From positions 55,800,001-55,864,000 of the forward strand of contig NC_092348.1 of NCBI RefSeq assembly GCF_963676685.1: 64,000 nt of DNA, in the 5' to 3' direction. Shown here one piece after another: positions 13,452 through 27,600 of this stretch (position 1 is the first letter of the stretch; every line of letters starts with the position of its first letter). Source of the DNA: Mytilus edulis. Its lineage: Eukaryota. The position numbers were made by a program, and so were the translations under genes. The notes under the pieces are model-generated. The model saw nothing but the letters and a program-made list of their open reading frames with translations. It was not told the origin of the DNA and did no database searches.

Positions 13452-16400
13452 TTAGATGCTACCCACATGGAGGGAGGGTGTAAAACTCCAAGCTAGATAT
13501 GTATTTTCACAGAAACAAATAACATTATCCACATAAATCCGCCAAGAAAATAATTCACCGGCATTCTCTATCCAAAATGGCTGACATAATCCTATGAGAC
13601 TCGTCAGAAACAGAAATCAATGAAATGGTGTAAATTAAGGTTAATTAAGAAAAAGTCAGGTGAATAATAATTGTTCAACAATTTCATCCTAACATTGATT
13701 CATGGCTATGTAGTTGGAGCTTAAATCCAGAAAGCAGACTGATTGTCGTATCGTCAAATCACATTGTTACATAAGATATACGTCAGATGTAATATTTTTT
13801 TATAAACACTCACTTGAATCTGTATCTCTTTCAAGAAAAGATGGCGTAGTGAATCTCGACAAATTACTTATGCCATGTTATTTTTCAATCAAAGTCGTAG
13901 CGCAGGCGTAGCCATTTTTGAAGCCTTCATTATTTTGTTATCGAAAATTGTTATGAATTAAGTATATTCAGTAATGAAAAGATACTATAAGATGATTCGA
14001 AATTATCATCGACAGGGTGAATAAATTATGCGAAAATGTCGGACATAACACAGTATCTGACTCCTCGGGTCGGGTCTCCATATATGGCCGCACGTTACTA
14101 TTGGCCAAGCGTCTGGTAATATAGCTGCCTCCTGAAACGCCACATGTTCTCACAGATAAGATACTTGCATCAACACTTTAACGAAGGCAATTTTCGTTTT
14201 TCCAGTAATTCCAAGATTTGCACAGTGACAAATAAATAATTAATGTACACATGAACGATCGGTTTGATCGATCTCAGGTATACATAGACAATACGCAGGT
14301 TGTGTCGTATTGATTTTGCTCATGAAGTAAGAAGAGCTGCTTGAAAAGTTTGGGACATATGCAGATGATTGTTTTTCTATTGATCTCGCGATAATTTAAC
14401 GAGATCACTTGATTAAAATCAACAGCTCTCCAATAAAATACTTAAATATTGCTCATTATGTACAAAAATTTAGCTTATTGATTCAGCGTTTGTTTGCCTA
14501 TTACTGGTCGATCCATGTATTTTTTTCTTTCTTCCGTTTTTCTTTCATTTCTTTTATTTTTTTACTAAGGGTAATACAAAAGTTCCCAAGCTTTTCATCC
14601 ACTTAAATATAAAAAAAAAGGGTTTAAAACGTAATATAAAACGCTTGTAGTTTTAAATTACATGTAGTTAGATTTAAACAAGTTTTTAAAAAATGTTTAA
14701 ACGACATTCAAAACGATAATAAAACAACATCGGAATATCTATTTAAATTGTACAATAGTGAGAAGAGTTGATGTAGATTTGTTCAATAAAAATAATTAAA
14801 ATTAACGTCCAGTGACAAATATTAGTACGTTTTTATGAAGAATAAACGCAAAAGCTTTTGTTATAGCTATAAAATGTTGTGCAAATATTAATTATTAAAT
14901 GAATGTAATAACCTTTTATCTGAAGAAGAAATCATCGGGTTGGACTAGAAAATAAAAGAGAACAAATTTTACCAAAGTAAGCAGTTCAGATTTTCAAGCA
15001 TCTGGATGAAAGAATGCTTCTTCAATGTACAACTCTTTCGGAACTTGTAACACGCTTACCCGAGGGTCTGGTTGGGGTTCACAGAATATAAAGTAATGAA
15101 CAAAAGTGCATGATAGAGGGCTAATAAATAAAAAATAGAGAAAAGGGCAACATAAATAAAGAATAAAGTAAATGCTATAAATCGTAAAGAATAAAAACTG
15201 AAGGACCCCACATCTAGACAAAAAAAATGAAGGACCCCACATCATCCAGACCCTCCTAACCTATCGTATAATTGTAGATGACCGGTGAACTCGTTTGGCT
15301 TTCTTTTACCTAAAATATTGTGAACATTTTCCTGACAACAAACATACATACATATATATACATCTTAACCATTTTTTTTACAAGTCAATATGTCTAACAT
15401 GTGGAAATGTTTGCCTTTCCTCGTGCCATTGTTTGCGCATCAATTCGGTCTTTATTTAATCAAGTACGATAATTTGTTCAGTAATAACACCTTAGTAATT
15501 CATATTTATATAGGCCAAGTACAGCAAACAGCAGATATGATCAGATATGTGGAATAAATTCAATCTTCACAACGGAGCATACCATAAGGTTGACGTTGTC
15601 GCTAGATTTAAGGGTTTTGTTTACACATAAACAATGTATTCTAAGTACAGACAAACCTGTGCAACTGAAAACGTTTATATATTTACATATATATATAGCT
15701 GATGTGGTCGAGGGGTCTAGAGCGCTGGACAAGAGCGTACGAGATTCAAGATTTATTCATAAATACAATTGCATTTTGAGTTTCTAAAAAGCAAGCAAAA
15801 ACATCCTAGATTTTTTTTCATTGTAGAAAATGCAAAAAAAAAACTAAGTCCGGTATATGTCTTGATCCGTTCCTCTCAGGTCATTGAATTTCATTACAGT
15901 GATTAATATGGACAACAGAGGGACGATAGATATGATATCTGGACATGGCACCAAAAATAAGATCGCTTATTTTACCATCTTCTTCGATGCAAGACAGAAT
16001 CATCTCAAAATTTTATTGATCGAACACAATGCATTTATCTTTCACATGTTTGGGTCCTAATAGTACTCAAAACGATTCCTGTTGTTTGTCTCCTCAATTG
16101 ATTTCGTGGTGTAAACACTGCCATGTTTGCCAAATGGTTATCATGAACCTTAAGTGCACATGTAAATCAATTACCGCGATATACATCTAATAGGATTAGT
16201 GTGTCGAGATATGTTTTGTGTAACATCGTGCACCGGGTTCTGTTGTTAATTGGTACTCATTGGGCTGTGCAATACACTTTGTTACATAATGTAACATATA
16301 CAATGATATACATGTGCTAAATATTTATAATATAAATATTGTTACACAAAAAAAATCCTTTAACATGTACTAAAAATGTATGATATACGTGTTGTCAGAT

Positions 16401-16919
16401 AAATTCTTTCTGCTTGTTTTGAGATATAAGCATTTATAAATTTGGCGGGAAACAGCTAGTTCTCTTAATCTGTTATGTATTTAGTTTACAGATTTACTGT
16501 CTTAATTATTTCAGAAATTAAAAACCTTTCCCAAACATGTATTCAGTTTCAAAAGTTAACATCACTGGCTCCTAATAATAATTCAAGTAATTTCAGTCGT
16601 TATATTCCGCCGATCTCCGAATAATCCCACATTGCTACATTATCGATAGGCTAGATGCAGACGCAGAATTGTTCGAGTAAGGTCAGTCCTTGTTTTTGAG
16701 TTAGTTGTTTTGATTTGGTTTTTTTTTATATAAGAAATCGTTTATCTGTTATGAGTGTTCTTATATGTGCTTTTTGTCTCGTAGTATTGACATTTTAGCG
16801 ATCTTTTTTAACATTGCCATATAAACGGGAGGATTGGCTAGCCCTAACACCAGGTTCAAGCCACAATTTTTCTTAAATCAGTGTTATCAAATAGTGTGTT
16901 TCTATGTATGTTGGCCTTC

Positions 16920-17546
16920 AGTGATCCTATATATGGAAGTGTTTAATGACCTTGACTGACTATACAGCTCTCGCACGGTCGGCTCGGTGCCCGAAGGCGA
17001 TTGGTGAGCATATAAATAATTTTGTGCCATCGGTCAGGAACGAGTGGTGGTCGCCATTTTGGAGGTCGCCATCTTGGTTTTGTGAGCTGTTTTGATTTAA
17101 TTTGTTTACTAATTTGATGTTATATTCTTCACAACGGCTGCTTTCAGGGCCAGATTGGTCAGCTTGGCAGTCCGATAACCTCGATGATGGAGTACTGGTA
17201 GATGAATCATGGACGTAGTATTAAAGATGACAGGAAGCATTATCAGGACCAAAGCCGCGAAGCAGTGAAATGAAGGTCAATCATCTAACACCTAGGTTAC
17301 AGCCCTCGGACGTTAATCGACATAACACTCCCCAATGATACAATGGGTATTGGAGTGCATGTTAACGCGGTTACGCCTACTACTACGTCTACTGTACGGT
17401 GTTGAATTGGTTTCTGTCATCTAAAGTAGTAAGTCGTTGATCATCTAACTGTAAACCCTCATCGAAGATAGCGGGTAAAGGAGAGCTGGCCCAGCACGTC
17501 CGTTCAGCTGTAATGACTGAGACGTGACCGAATTGAGTGATCCTAT
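16920..17546. mobile_element. Unclassified GC-richer insertion flanked by 11-bp direct repeat AGTGATCCTAT
   Basis: Direct repeat at 16920-16930 and 17536-17546; composition differs from flanks. Confidence 0.4.
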
Positions 17547-18895
17547 TGTTCCTTTGTCTTTCTCTTATAGTGGACATGTTTCGCTTGTTTTAGTTTGAAA
17601 ACCGGATTTGTTTTCTGCCAATCGATTTATGACTTTTGAGCAGATGTATAATACTACTGATGCCGTTATTTATATAATTTTGTGTTGGTTGATTTGTTGG
17701 CTAGGGTTTTTTCAACGCTTATCCAACAATATGTGTTCCAAAAGCAACATATTTATCGATAGAGTCTTGTAAACAATGCTATCAGACAATCTGTATGTAA
17801 AATCCTCCATCTTCCTGACCCTTTAAAGCCACACCAATCAGCAATTAGAACTTACTGTTGTTAAATAATACGTAATTCAAGATGGCACGTGTATATCAAA
17901 TGAAAACTGATAGCTTCATAACGTAATGTGAAGCAGTAACCAACTTTAGAAATTATTAAAAGAAAAATGGGGGTGATACATTATATTGCTATGTTAAGTA
18001 AAAAAGTCAAAATTGCTGAAATAAAATAGAATGGAATCCTTGCGTACTGTCGACTCAAACCACTCAAAGCAAGTATTTCAAACACATAGATGGTAACCAT
18101 GACCATGCAGCAAACATCCTAAATAAATACATTTCCGTTATTGTTATCTTGTAGAATGTGATTATTTTGTCTTCAATATTTATTCAGACGTTCGCTACAG
18201 ATGACTGAAGTGACAGACACGCCATACCTCATAAAACGCGTTGAGAAACTGGCCTGGTAGAATTGTCAGCTTGGTTGTGAGCTTTTGTTGGTTCAATCCC
18301 GTCATGATCAAAACCTATAGTTACTCAAATCGGTCTCTGGTAATCACAGTACATCTTATCATTTTTATACTATAATAAACTAGTAGATTTTTTTTTCTTC
18401 AGTACCCTGCATGGCAGCATTATGGAATTGGAACAACAATATAGTTGCAACGAGTCAGAATTATACTGAATCGTTTGGAAGCCATTGTAAATAGCAACTT
18501 TATATATATAAACCCAGGTCCAACATTTCCTCACGGCGATAGTAAGCTGTTGCTTAACATAATGATTCGCGGACATTTTCAAGATGTTATTTAATTACAT
18601 TTGGAAAAGCAAGATTAACATCGTTGCTTTAAGCAACAACAACAACAACAAAAAATGAAAATTCCTTTAATAAAAAAACAAATGATTATTATAACCAAGA
18701 AAATAAAGCATAACTCGAAAGCTGAAGGTTTAATATCATTTTATTTATTTAGAGAACCAAATTGGTAAGACCACAATGTAATAAAAGTCTTGAAGTCCTC
18801 TTCCATGTATTCGCAAAATATGGATGGTAATTATTTCTTCAATCCATTTCTATATCATTATGTCACAATTATGTTGTTACGCTAGTTTAATATGT

Positions 18896-21800
18896 TCACT
18901 TGTCCTCACAATATGATGCCGTTTGGTCGGTTTTCATGAAATTTTTAGTGTCGACTTTGAAATCTTCGAGTTCTTGGAAAAGCTTAGTCTTAATTTCTGC
19001 TGTTATGGATTTCTCCCTTGCCAGTATCCATGCGAATTCAAAATGTACATCGACTACTTCCGAACAGGAATAAATAAGAGTATATGTTTTATAGTCTGTG
19101 TCAATCACCCAGTAATTTCCATATGGAGCAGCTGAAATAAATAAGTTGAAGTTAGGCGTATAAATACAATACGTTTTGTTTTAAAATTATATTTTTTTTT
19201 CAATTCAATTTTTCAATTCAATTCAAAGTTTTATTGCCATATAAACTTCACAGTTTTGTGACATATAACAACAACAAAAACAAATAAAGACAATAACTAA
19301 GTAACTCAATATATATACACAAATTCAGGTAAATATTAAAGGGTCCCCTGTCCTCAGTTCCATCGACTTTTTTTATAAAGGATACTAGTTTATTCACTTG
19401 TGTTGGTGTTGATGGGTTAAGTATATATATAACTTTGTCTTATTGTATATACTTACTTTTTGTACGTGCATGTAATCTAGCTCGGTGAAACAAATTTGAC
19501 CTTAATGATTAACCAACTCCGATTTTGTAATCACAAAGTCATATACTTTAACCATACATTAAGCACTACACTTTTTCCCAGAAAGATGCAAATGAGGAAA
19601 CCATTCAGATTTGTATTTCTAACTTTTTTTTCTCACACTTGAGACCCCAAATTATCTTATGCATAAATAAATTGGCTGTGTTGTAGTGTTATGTAAAAGT
19701 TAAAGTTTTTGGTTCATGTTTTTGGGCAAGATAGTCTTTTGTGAAGTTAAATTGGTACAATTAACTTAAAACTTAGTACACATGTTCCCTATGATATGAT
19801 CTGTCTAGTTTCAATACCAAATTAGAGTTTTCATCCCAATTTCACTGTTAACTGAACATAGAAAACTATAGTGCGAGTGAGTCCTCCTTGTACTATGGAC
19901 ACATTCTTGTTTACAAAAATCGTTTTTGAGAATTCGTTATATTTGATTTCAACACAAATAATGACTTTGCTATTTATACCTCTTATTTTTGAAATTGAGA
20001 GTATATGCAATGTATAATTGCAAAATCATCTCTCGAGTGATGATTTGGAAATTAAATATGTGTGTACCGACGGTCTTGGAAACTGGAAAGTATGTAACAA
20101 TAATTTTAGAAATGAGATTTACTTTTAGCATGCAACAGTAATATTATAATAAATGTGTTTATTTTGCACAGTAATTAAACGTTCGTTTATTTTTTTTATT
20201 TGTGTTTAAAAACCATAAAACCCATGACTGTTTCAGATAATATTGTATCCGCCTGCAACATTTATAACATGTAAAGAGAAAAAAAAACGTTAAATTATAG
20301 CCAAGCTTAATTTGCAGAACTACTTTTTTGTATTTTTAATAATCATAGAAATAAAACAAACCTTCAGAAAATTTAACCAATAGTTTTGCTGGTTCATTCT
20401 CATCGGGAGCATAACCATCACCAACTATTGAAATCGTTTCTCCGTTTCTGAAAGAAAAAAACAAGGTATGCAACTCCAGCTGAGAATTTAGTCATATCAG
20501 AGTTATCTCCCATGTAATCTTGATATTTTTCTAAATCGCTCAATCGTTTATGAAAGAAATGTTCTACAATAGAAGTCAGACATTAAGTAAACAATAATAA
20601 AACATTAGGCGCTTATTTGAATTCAAAATTGATAAACAGATCATTTAATCCCAACTGTTCGGTGTTGATATATTTTGTTGATGCATCCGATACGCATGTA
20701 TTAAATCGGTAGGTCAAGTTATTTTTACAGTAACTGTAGAAAATAGAAATAGAAAGAAATTCAAAACAGCGTGGCTGTGGCCATTGATTGACACATTAAA
20801 TTCATCCATTGACTGGGACAATTTACGTGAACGTTTGTCTGTAACGACCACTGTTCACGACGTACCTACGATAGACATTTAAACTGTGGGGTCACCAAAG
20901 GTTTCTTAACGCCTTTAATTATAAAATAATTCGAAAAATTAATCAGGAATAACCTTTATGTTTTGATTTATATAATTGATATAAATCAAAACATCGTGTT
21001 ATTTCTGATTAATTTTTCGAATTACTTTATTAAGGTGTTGAGAACCTTTGGTGACTCCATAGTTTAAGTGTCTTTAAAAAGTACATAGTGAGCAGTGGTC
21101 GTTACATACAAACGTTCACCTAAATTGTCCCAGTCAATGGATGAATTTAATGTGTCGTCCAATGGCCACAGCCACACTGTTTTGAATTTCATTCTACCTC
21201 AAACTGACCATAAATTGGCGTCTCTACTTACGGGGTCTTTCCCTCGTTTTGAACTCTGATGTGTTTGTCCTCCTTAAGTAAATAATTAGCTTTAATACAT
21301 TCTTGTCCGTCTTCAAAGTTTGCTTTGAATTTGTAGATTTCATACCAATCCCCGAGATACTGAAATCATGAAAATTCATATTTGTAAATCACTAGTTTAG
21401 CTCGTCATGTTATTAACATCTCTAATTCAGATCCATCCAGCAATGAATTTTAATTAAACTATGATTTTATTATTATCTTTCTCATACATGTGATCCTGCA
21501 TTCGCTAAAATCAAGCTGGTATACTTTAAATTTAAATATCAAATACACATTCAAAGAAATTCATATATTTTGCGTGCCTTCTTTTTTCGTACATACTTAT
21601 ACAGTGATAAGGCAAAGGAAAATGTCAAAATGATGTCCCCAGAACATTAAAACCTGCTCAATAGTTTTGTTCATAATAAGACCAGTGCATCGAATAGCTT
21701 AAATGTATATAGGGCCTCAATACTGTTTTATTAAATGTTCAGTCCCACCTTCCTGAGCTGCAAGATTATATTCAGTATGTCCTTATCAAATATTTCAGTG

Positions 21801-22607
21801 ACATCTTACAAAGGAATGTGTGTGTAACTGTACATTCAATTTATTTCTTGGTCTTATAGACATGCATGTGTTCTAAATTTTACAACTGAAGTTTGTTGAA
21901 AGATACGAAAATAATGAAATGTGGTCTGATGCCAATGTCAACTGTATGTTCAAATGAAGTGGATGTGAGCAATTAGGGGCAATGAGAAAACCCCATACCG
22001 TAAACAAAAATTGTAATAATAAAAACTATATTAGATGAGAGTTCTCTAACAAGAATAATTGATAAAGGAAGATGTGGTATGACTCTCCATCCAAGTCACA
22101 ATCTATAAAAGTAAACCGTTATAGGTCGAGGTACGGTCTTCAACACCGAGCGTAGGCTCACACCAAACAGCAAGCCTTAAAGTGCCCTAAAAAAAACTAG
22201 TGTGAAACCATTCAAACGGGAAAATCAACGCCCTGATCTATATAAAAAACGAGAAACGAGAAACAATAAAAAAAAAGGTAGTTACACAAATAAACACCCA
22301 TAACCGTAAAGTATGAGGGCAAATACTACCAGCTAGGTACAGCTAGGGACACAGTCTATTGCAGCCACACATCACGAGTAACAAACCCTGCAATCAATGT
22401 AAAAAATATGGAGATGTTGTATAATGGCAAATGAGACAATTATTTAGTTTACTTGATCATATATGTATGTTTTTAATGCCGTACCTCTTTTACATCGAGT
22501 TCCTTTTGTGCCACTACAGGAGGACATTTTCCTATACCAACTATCTGCGCATGAGTAACACCAACATTCAGAATGAAACATAATACAAAGAGTGCCACCG
22601 TAAACAT
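18896..22607 (-). CDS. Apolipoprotein D-like lipocalin, copy A; exons 22607-22485, 21359-21232, 20447-20362, 19131-18896
   Basis: Signal peptide MFTVALFVLCFILNVGVTHA then QIVGIGKCPP; lipocalin motifs YLGDWYEI (SCR1), YWVIDTDY (SCR2), WILAR (SCR3); all introns GT-AG with consistent phases 0/2/1; TATA-like TATATATA at ~22646-22653. Confidence 0.92.
20750..21196. mobile_element. Foldback/palindromic MITE (~215-bp arms) in ApoD-A intron 2
   Basis: TAGAAAGAAATTCAAAACAG.GTGGCTGTGGCCATTG... mirrored by ...CAATGGCCACAGCCACACTGTTTTGAATTTCATTCTA; centre ~20975. Confidence 0.85.
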
Positions 22608-24689
22608 TTTGATTAGAAGTATTAAGAAACGTGATCGCGTTCCAATATATATACCTACTTAAGATCTTTATGAAACATCTGAAGGGGTCAACATGATTCA
22701 ATATGATATAATAATTCTACCTGACCGATATATGGATCATCCTAATATTTGTAAATATAAATTATATATGTATAACTGTGTAACAAACTGAATTTGAAAA
22801 ATAAAGAAAAAAAAGTCTCTAATCGTCTCTTTTATATTTCAAGTTTATGATAACAGCATTTTTATATACGTGCCATCTTTTCTCTCTTTGTAAATTACCT
22901 TGCTTTCAGTGGCGGATCCAGAACCTTTCCTAAAAAGGGGGGGGGGGGGGTGCTGACTGACCTAAGGGGGGGCCGCTCCAGTCATGCTTCAGTGATTCCC
23001 TATATAATCAACCAAATTTTTCCCACGAAAAGGGGGGGCGGGCCCCCCAGCCCCCCCCCCCCCCCCCTGGATCCGCCTATTGCTTTTTGTAAACGAATAT
23101 TTGTTGCAACCCGAATTTGTAACACAAAAGGTTTATGATTTTCAGCGTAATATATAATGCCAATATCAAGGTCGACAACTTAGACCCAAATATGAATGTA
23201 AATTCTTAATTTGATAAGACATGTGAGAAAATGGTCAAGCTTTGTTTACGTGTACTAAGATATATCCCAGTGTTTATCTCCGATCGTTGGCCTTTAGCCT
23301 ATATCTGTCCTTACATAAACAAAAAGTTCTAGTGTACTCATGAAGATGTTATATCAGGGGTCAGATCTTGGAATTAGACTATGTCAAGTAACTGTATATA
23401 TCGGCTCAATTTCTGTACATTATATCATTGCTCCTGTGTGTGTAATGTAGTTTTCCTTTTTTTCCTTTTCTTTGATACCAAGTTTTATAACTTTAAAAGT
23501 TTTTATTGATGATATTCAATTTAGTTTTGCTTTTATTTCCCCATTTTGTAATTCTTAAATTATGTTTGTTGCATGGTTGCTTATTTCAAAAGAATGATCG
23601 GAGATCTGAATTGTCATTGTCATTGGTCGTAGTAATCGAATAGCACTTTCTGATCACACGTAGAGCGCTCTATGTCACACGCATTATACCAAAAATTCAC
23701 TCGTGTGAATTTGCAGTCTTATACCTTGACATGTTTGAGAAAGCTGTATATAATAATGAGGCTCTAGAATTATTTATCATATAGATATATAAGATATGGT
23801 ATGAGTGCCAATGAGTGAACTCTCCTTCCATGTCACAATTTGAAAAAGTAAACAACCATAGGTCAAAGCAAATAAGAGCTCAGGTCCACACTTAACAGCC
23901 AGCCACAAAGTGACCCCAAAACGACTAGTGCAAAACAATTCAAACAGGAAAAACAACGGCAAATCTAAAAATCACCCACGAAGCACACCAACAAACGACA
24001 CCCACCGAACACCAGGTTTCCGACTTTGGACAGCGCAAATAAAAGAATAGGGACCAAACTCTTCAATAGACGCCAACCTTCATCGATCTTCACCCAACCT
24101 GATGCAACATTGTAACATCACAACACAGAAAGACGCACTATAAAATATTAACCGAAACGACTAAACTCAACCAAAAGACAAATTAACAAAAATAAGTAAA
24201 AACACATTGAACGAACACATTTGATGTGTCTGTCATACGACCGACAGTAGCCTGACATTCAGCTGTTGTTAGTTGCTTGCCGTATGTTATATACGATTTC
24301 AATTTTTTTTGTATATGAGGTCGTTGATTTTCCTTTGTTGAATTGTTTCACGTGTTTCACATGCTTCACGTCGGGGGTCATGAAAATAGCCAGCTATACG
24401 ATATGGGCTTTTTCGCATTGTTGAAGACCGTTCTGTGGCCTATAATTGCATACTATACCACTTCTTTTTAACCCTGGTGGATAGTTGTCTTATTGTCAAT
24501 CATACCATCTCTCATCAGTTTTATATACTTAAGTGACCATAAATTACATTTATTACTATTTAGAATTCTTTCAGTGTCCAAATGTGTGTATTGCTAAGGC
24601 TATTATATTGCATGCCATTTCTCATAGAATCAAAACTAAAACGATATATAATAATTTAAAACAAAAAATTTTAATAAAACATTTAACAT

Positions 24690-27600
24690 TTAATTAGTAC
24701 AATATTTAGAAGTTTGATTTGATTTCATAAAGTTGCCTGTATTTATCTTGAAGTCTGCCATTTGTTTAAAGAGTTTGTTCTTTATATCATCACTGATTGT
24801 CTTCTCTCTAGCCAAAATCCAAGCAAACTCGAAATGTGTTGCTCCAAATAAAAGGTCTGTACACGAAAATATTAGAGTATATGATTCATAATCTGTGTCT
24901 AAAACCCAGTAGTCACCATATGGCGCAGCTGAAACGATATAAACACACAATTGAGTTAAAACCGAATATTTATCATTTATTATAGTTATGTTTCGTTCTT
25001 TCTCTCTCGTCCTCGTCTTGTTTGCACGCACACAAAAAACCACAAGCAACACACAACTGCTTTCAATGACATGTTTACTTTTCTTTGGTTAGATGTATAC
25101 AGATAAAAAAAAAAACATTACGTTCAAATAAATGTATGAAAGAAGGGCATATTGACGCCCTCATTATTATCTTTTTTTTACCCAAGAAAATAAGCATATT
25201 ATGTTAGGAAATGAATAGAATTATAAATACAGATTTTTAAACATTTTAATTTGTTGGTGTCTCACATATATAAGAGTCGTAATTATTTGGTGCCATGCTA
25301 ACTCGTAAAATGTGAAACTTGTTTTTACCTCTTTACACCTTGTAGTAAAGAAAGGACAAATTATAAAACATATAGAGTTACTTTTAATTTGCACCAGTTA
25401 ATATTTTGGCCAATAAGAACCTTATTGATCCTCTTTTTTTTTCATTTCCCTTTACTTTGTGAAATGTGTTTCCGTTTTAACTTACCCGAGGCAAATCTAA
25501 GTTTAAGTCTTGCTGCATCGCTTTTATCAGGATATAAGCGTCGCCCTCTGCAGATGTTGTTTTTCCGTCTCTGTCAATTAAAAAAACCCAGAAAAATACA
25601 GTATTTTTGAAAAGTTATCAAGATTTACAGTCAGAATAAGAAAAGAGTAGTATGACGAGAATCAATTTTTAACCAAACTAAAAATCGGAAGATGCTATCT
25701 TTTATTGTGTATTGAATTTTTTTTTTAATCAATTGTTTAACTTTTTAAATGTTTTGCCATAACCAATTAATGTTTGAAACTTCAAAACAATATACTAGTG
25801 CATTCCTGTGACCAAATGTCTTCAATCAGAGATATCAATAAAAAAAGAATAATTTATTAGCAAAATACACCCAAATTAATCAAAAACATAAACATATATA
25901 ATACAGATAGCGGATAATTACAATTATAAACATAAAAAACAAAGTTATAAATGGTAATGTAACCTTTGATTGACATGGACCTCAATTTCAAAATTCTAAA
26001 GATTGCTATACGAAAACCATGAAAACTCACAAACATATAAATTTCAGTTTATTTGTACTCAGAAGTCAAGAGTATTTAAAAAAAAAACGTTAAGTTCCTG
26101 TTATCGAGACCCTATTAAATCAAATCTAATAAAAATGTAAATAAAAAATACTCACGGTCCGAATCCAGAATTCAATATATCAATGTGACCATTATCTTTC
26201 AGCTTGTAATTTGCTTTATTGCAAACTTGATCGTTCTCAAAACCAGCTTTGAATTTATATATCTCATACCAATCTCCAAGATACTGAAAAATAAAAAAAA
26301 GAATATAAAATATCGAAATAAATAAATTTCAGTGACAATGAATAGATATTAAAATGATATGGTACAGTGGCGCGTCCAGGGGGGGGGGGGGGGGGTTCCG
26401 GGGGTTGGAACCCCCCTTTTTTTGGCCGATCAATGCATTTGAATGGGAGCATATAGTTGGAACCCCCCCCCCCCCATTTTACTCTGGGTTGGGAACCCCC
26501 CCTTTTTAAAATAGCTGGATCCGCGCCTGTGGTATGAGTGCCAATGAGACAACTCTTCATACAAGTCACAATATGTAAAAGTAAACCATAATTTATATGT
26601 TTTCAACACGAAGCCTTGGCTCACACCAGACAGCAACTATAAAACCATAAAGCCCCGCAACAGTTTTAATTTGCAACATTTTACATGATATCATACCACA
26701 AAAATCCGTATGTCAGTAGATAAAGATAAGATGTGGTATAATTGCCAATGAGACAACTCTCCACCACAAACCAAATGACTAGGAAGTTTACAACTAGAGG
26801 TGCGGCCTTCAACAATGAGCAATACCCATACAGCATAGTTTAGTTAATATTTGAAAACATAGATATAGATATAGAATAGAATAGAATATTTTTATTTCTC
26901 AAATTACAGGACCCATAAAGGGCATAACATCAGATACAATTGATTTACATGATTGGTAACAACAACAACAATGTTATGATATATGTTTATATCATAATAT
27001 ACTGTATGTTGGAGTTCTATTTATCAATATGTTTAAGGTACACGTGTAAAGTAAAATAGTAAAATATAATTTATATCATATTTCGGATACTTTTCAGATA
27101 TGTCTTCGATCGGGCCAAATAAACTAGAGGCTCTAAAGAGCCTGTGTCGCTCACCTTGGTCTATGTGAATATTAAACAAAGGACGCAGATGGATTCATGA
27201 CAAAATTGTGTTTTGGTGATGGTGATGTGTTTGTACATCTTACTTAACTGAACATTCTTGCTGCTTACAATTATTTCTATCTATTATAATGAACTTGGCC
27301 TAGAAGTTTCAGTGGAAAACGTTAGTGTAAATTTACAAATTATATGAAAATTGTTATAAATTGACTATAAAGGACAATAACTCCTTAGGGGGTCAATTGA
27401 CCATTTTGGTCATGTTGACTTATTTTTAGGTCTTACTTTGCTGTACATTATTGCTGTTTACAGTTTATCTCTATCTATAACAATATTCAAGATAATAACA
27501 AAAAACGGCAAAATTTCCTTAAAATAACCAATTCAGAGGCAGCAACCTAACAACAGGTTGTCAAATCCATCTGCAAATTTCAGGGCAGATAGATCTTGAC

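Noticed and set aside
15696-15732. tRNA gene (also ~18250-18305)
   Set aside because: Only A-box or T-loop-like fragments with no complete cloverleaf; probably SINE remnants.
17480-17540. HDV-like ribozyme (stem followed by CGAA)
   Set aside because: Could not find the P1/P3/L3 (TCC.CG) elements or nested pseudoknot.
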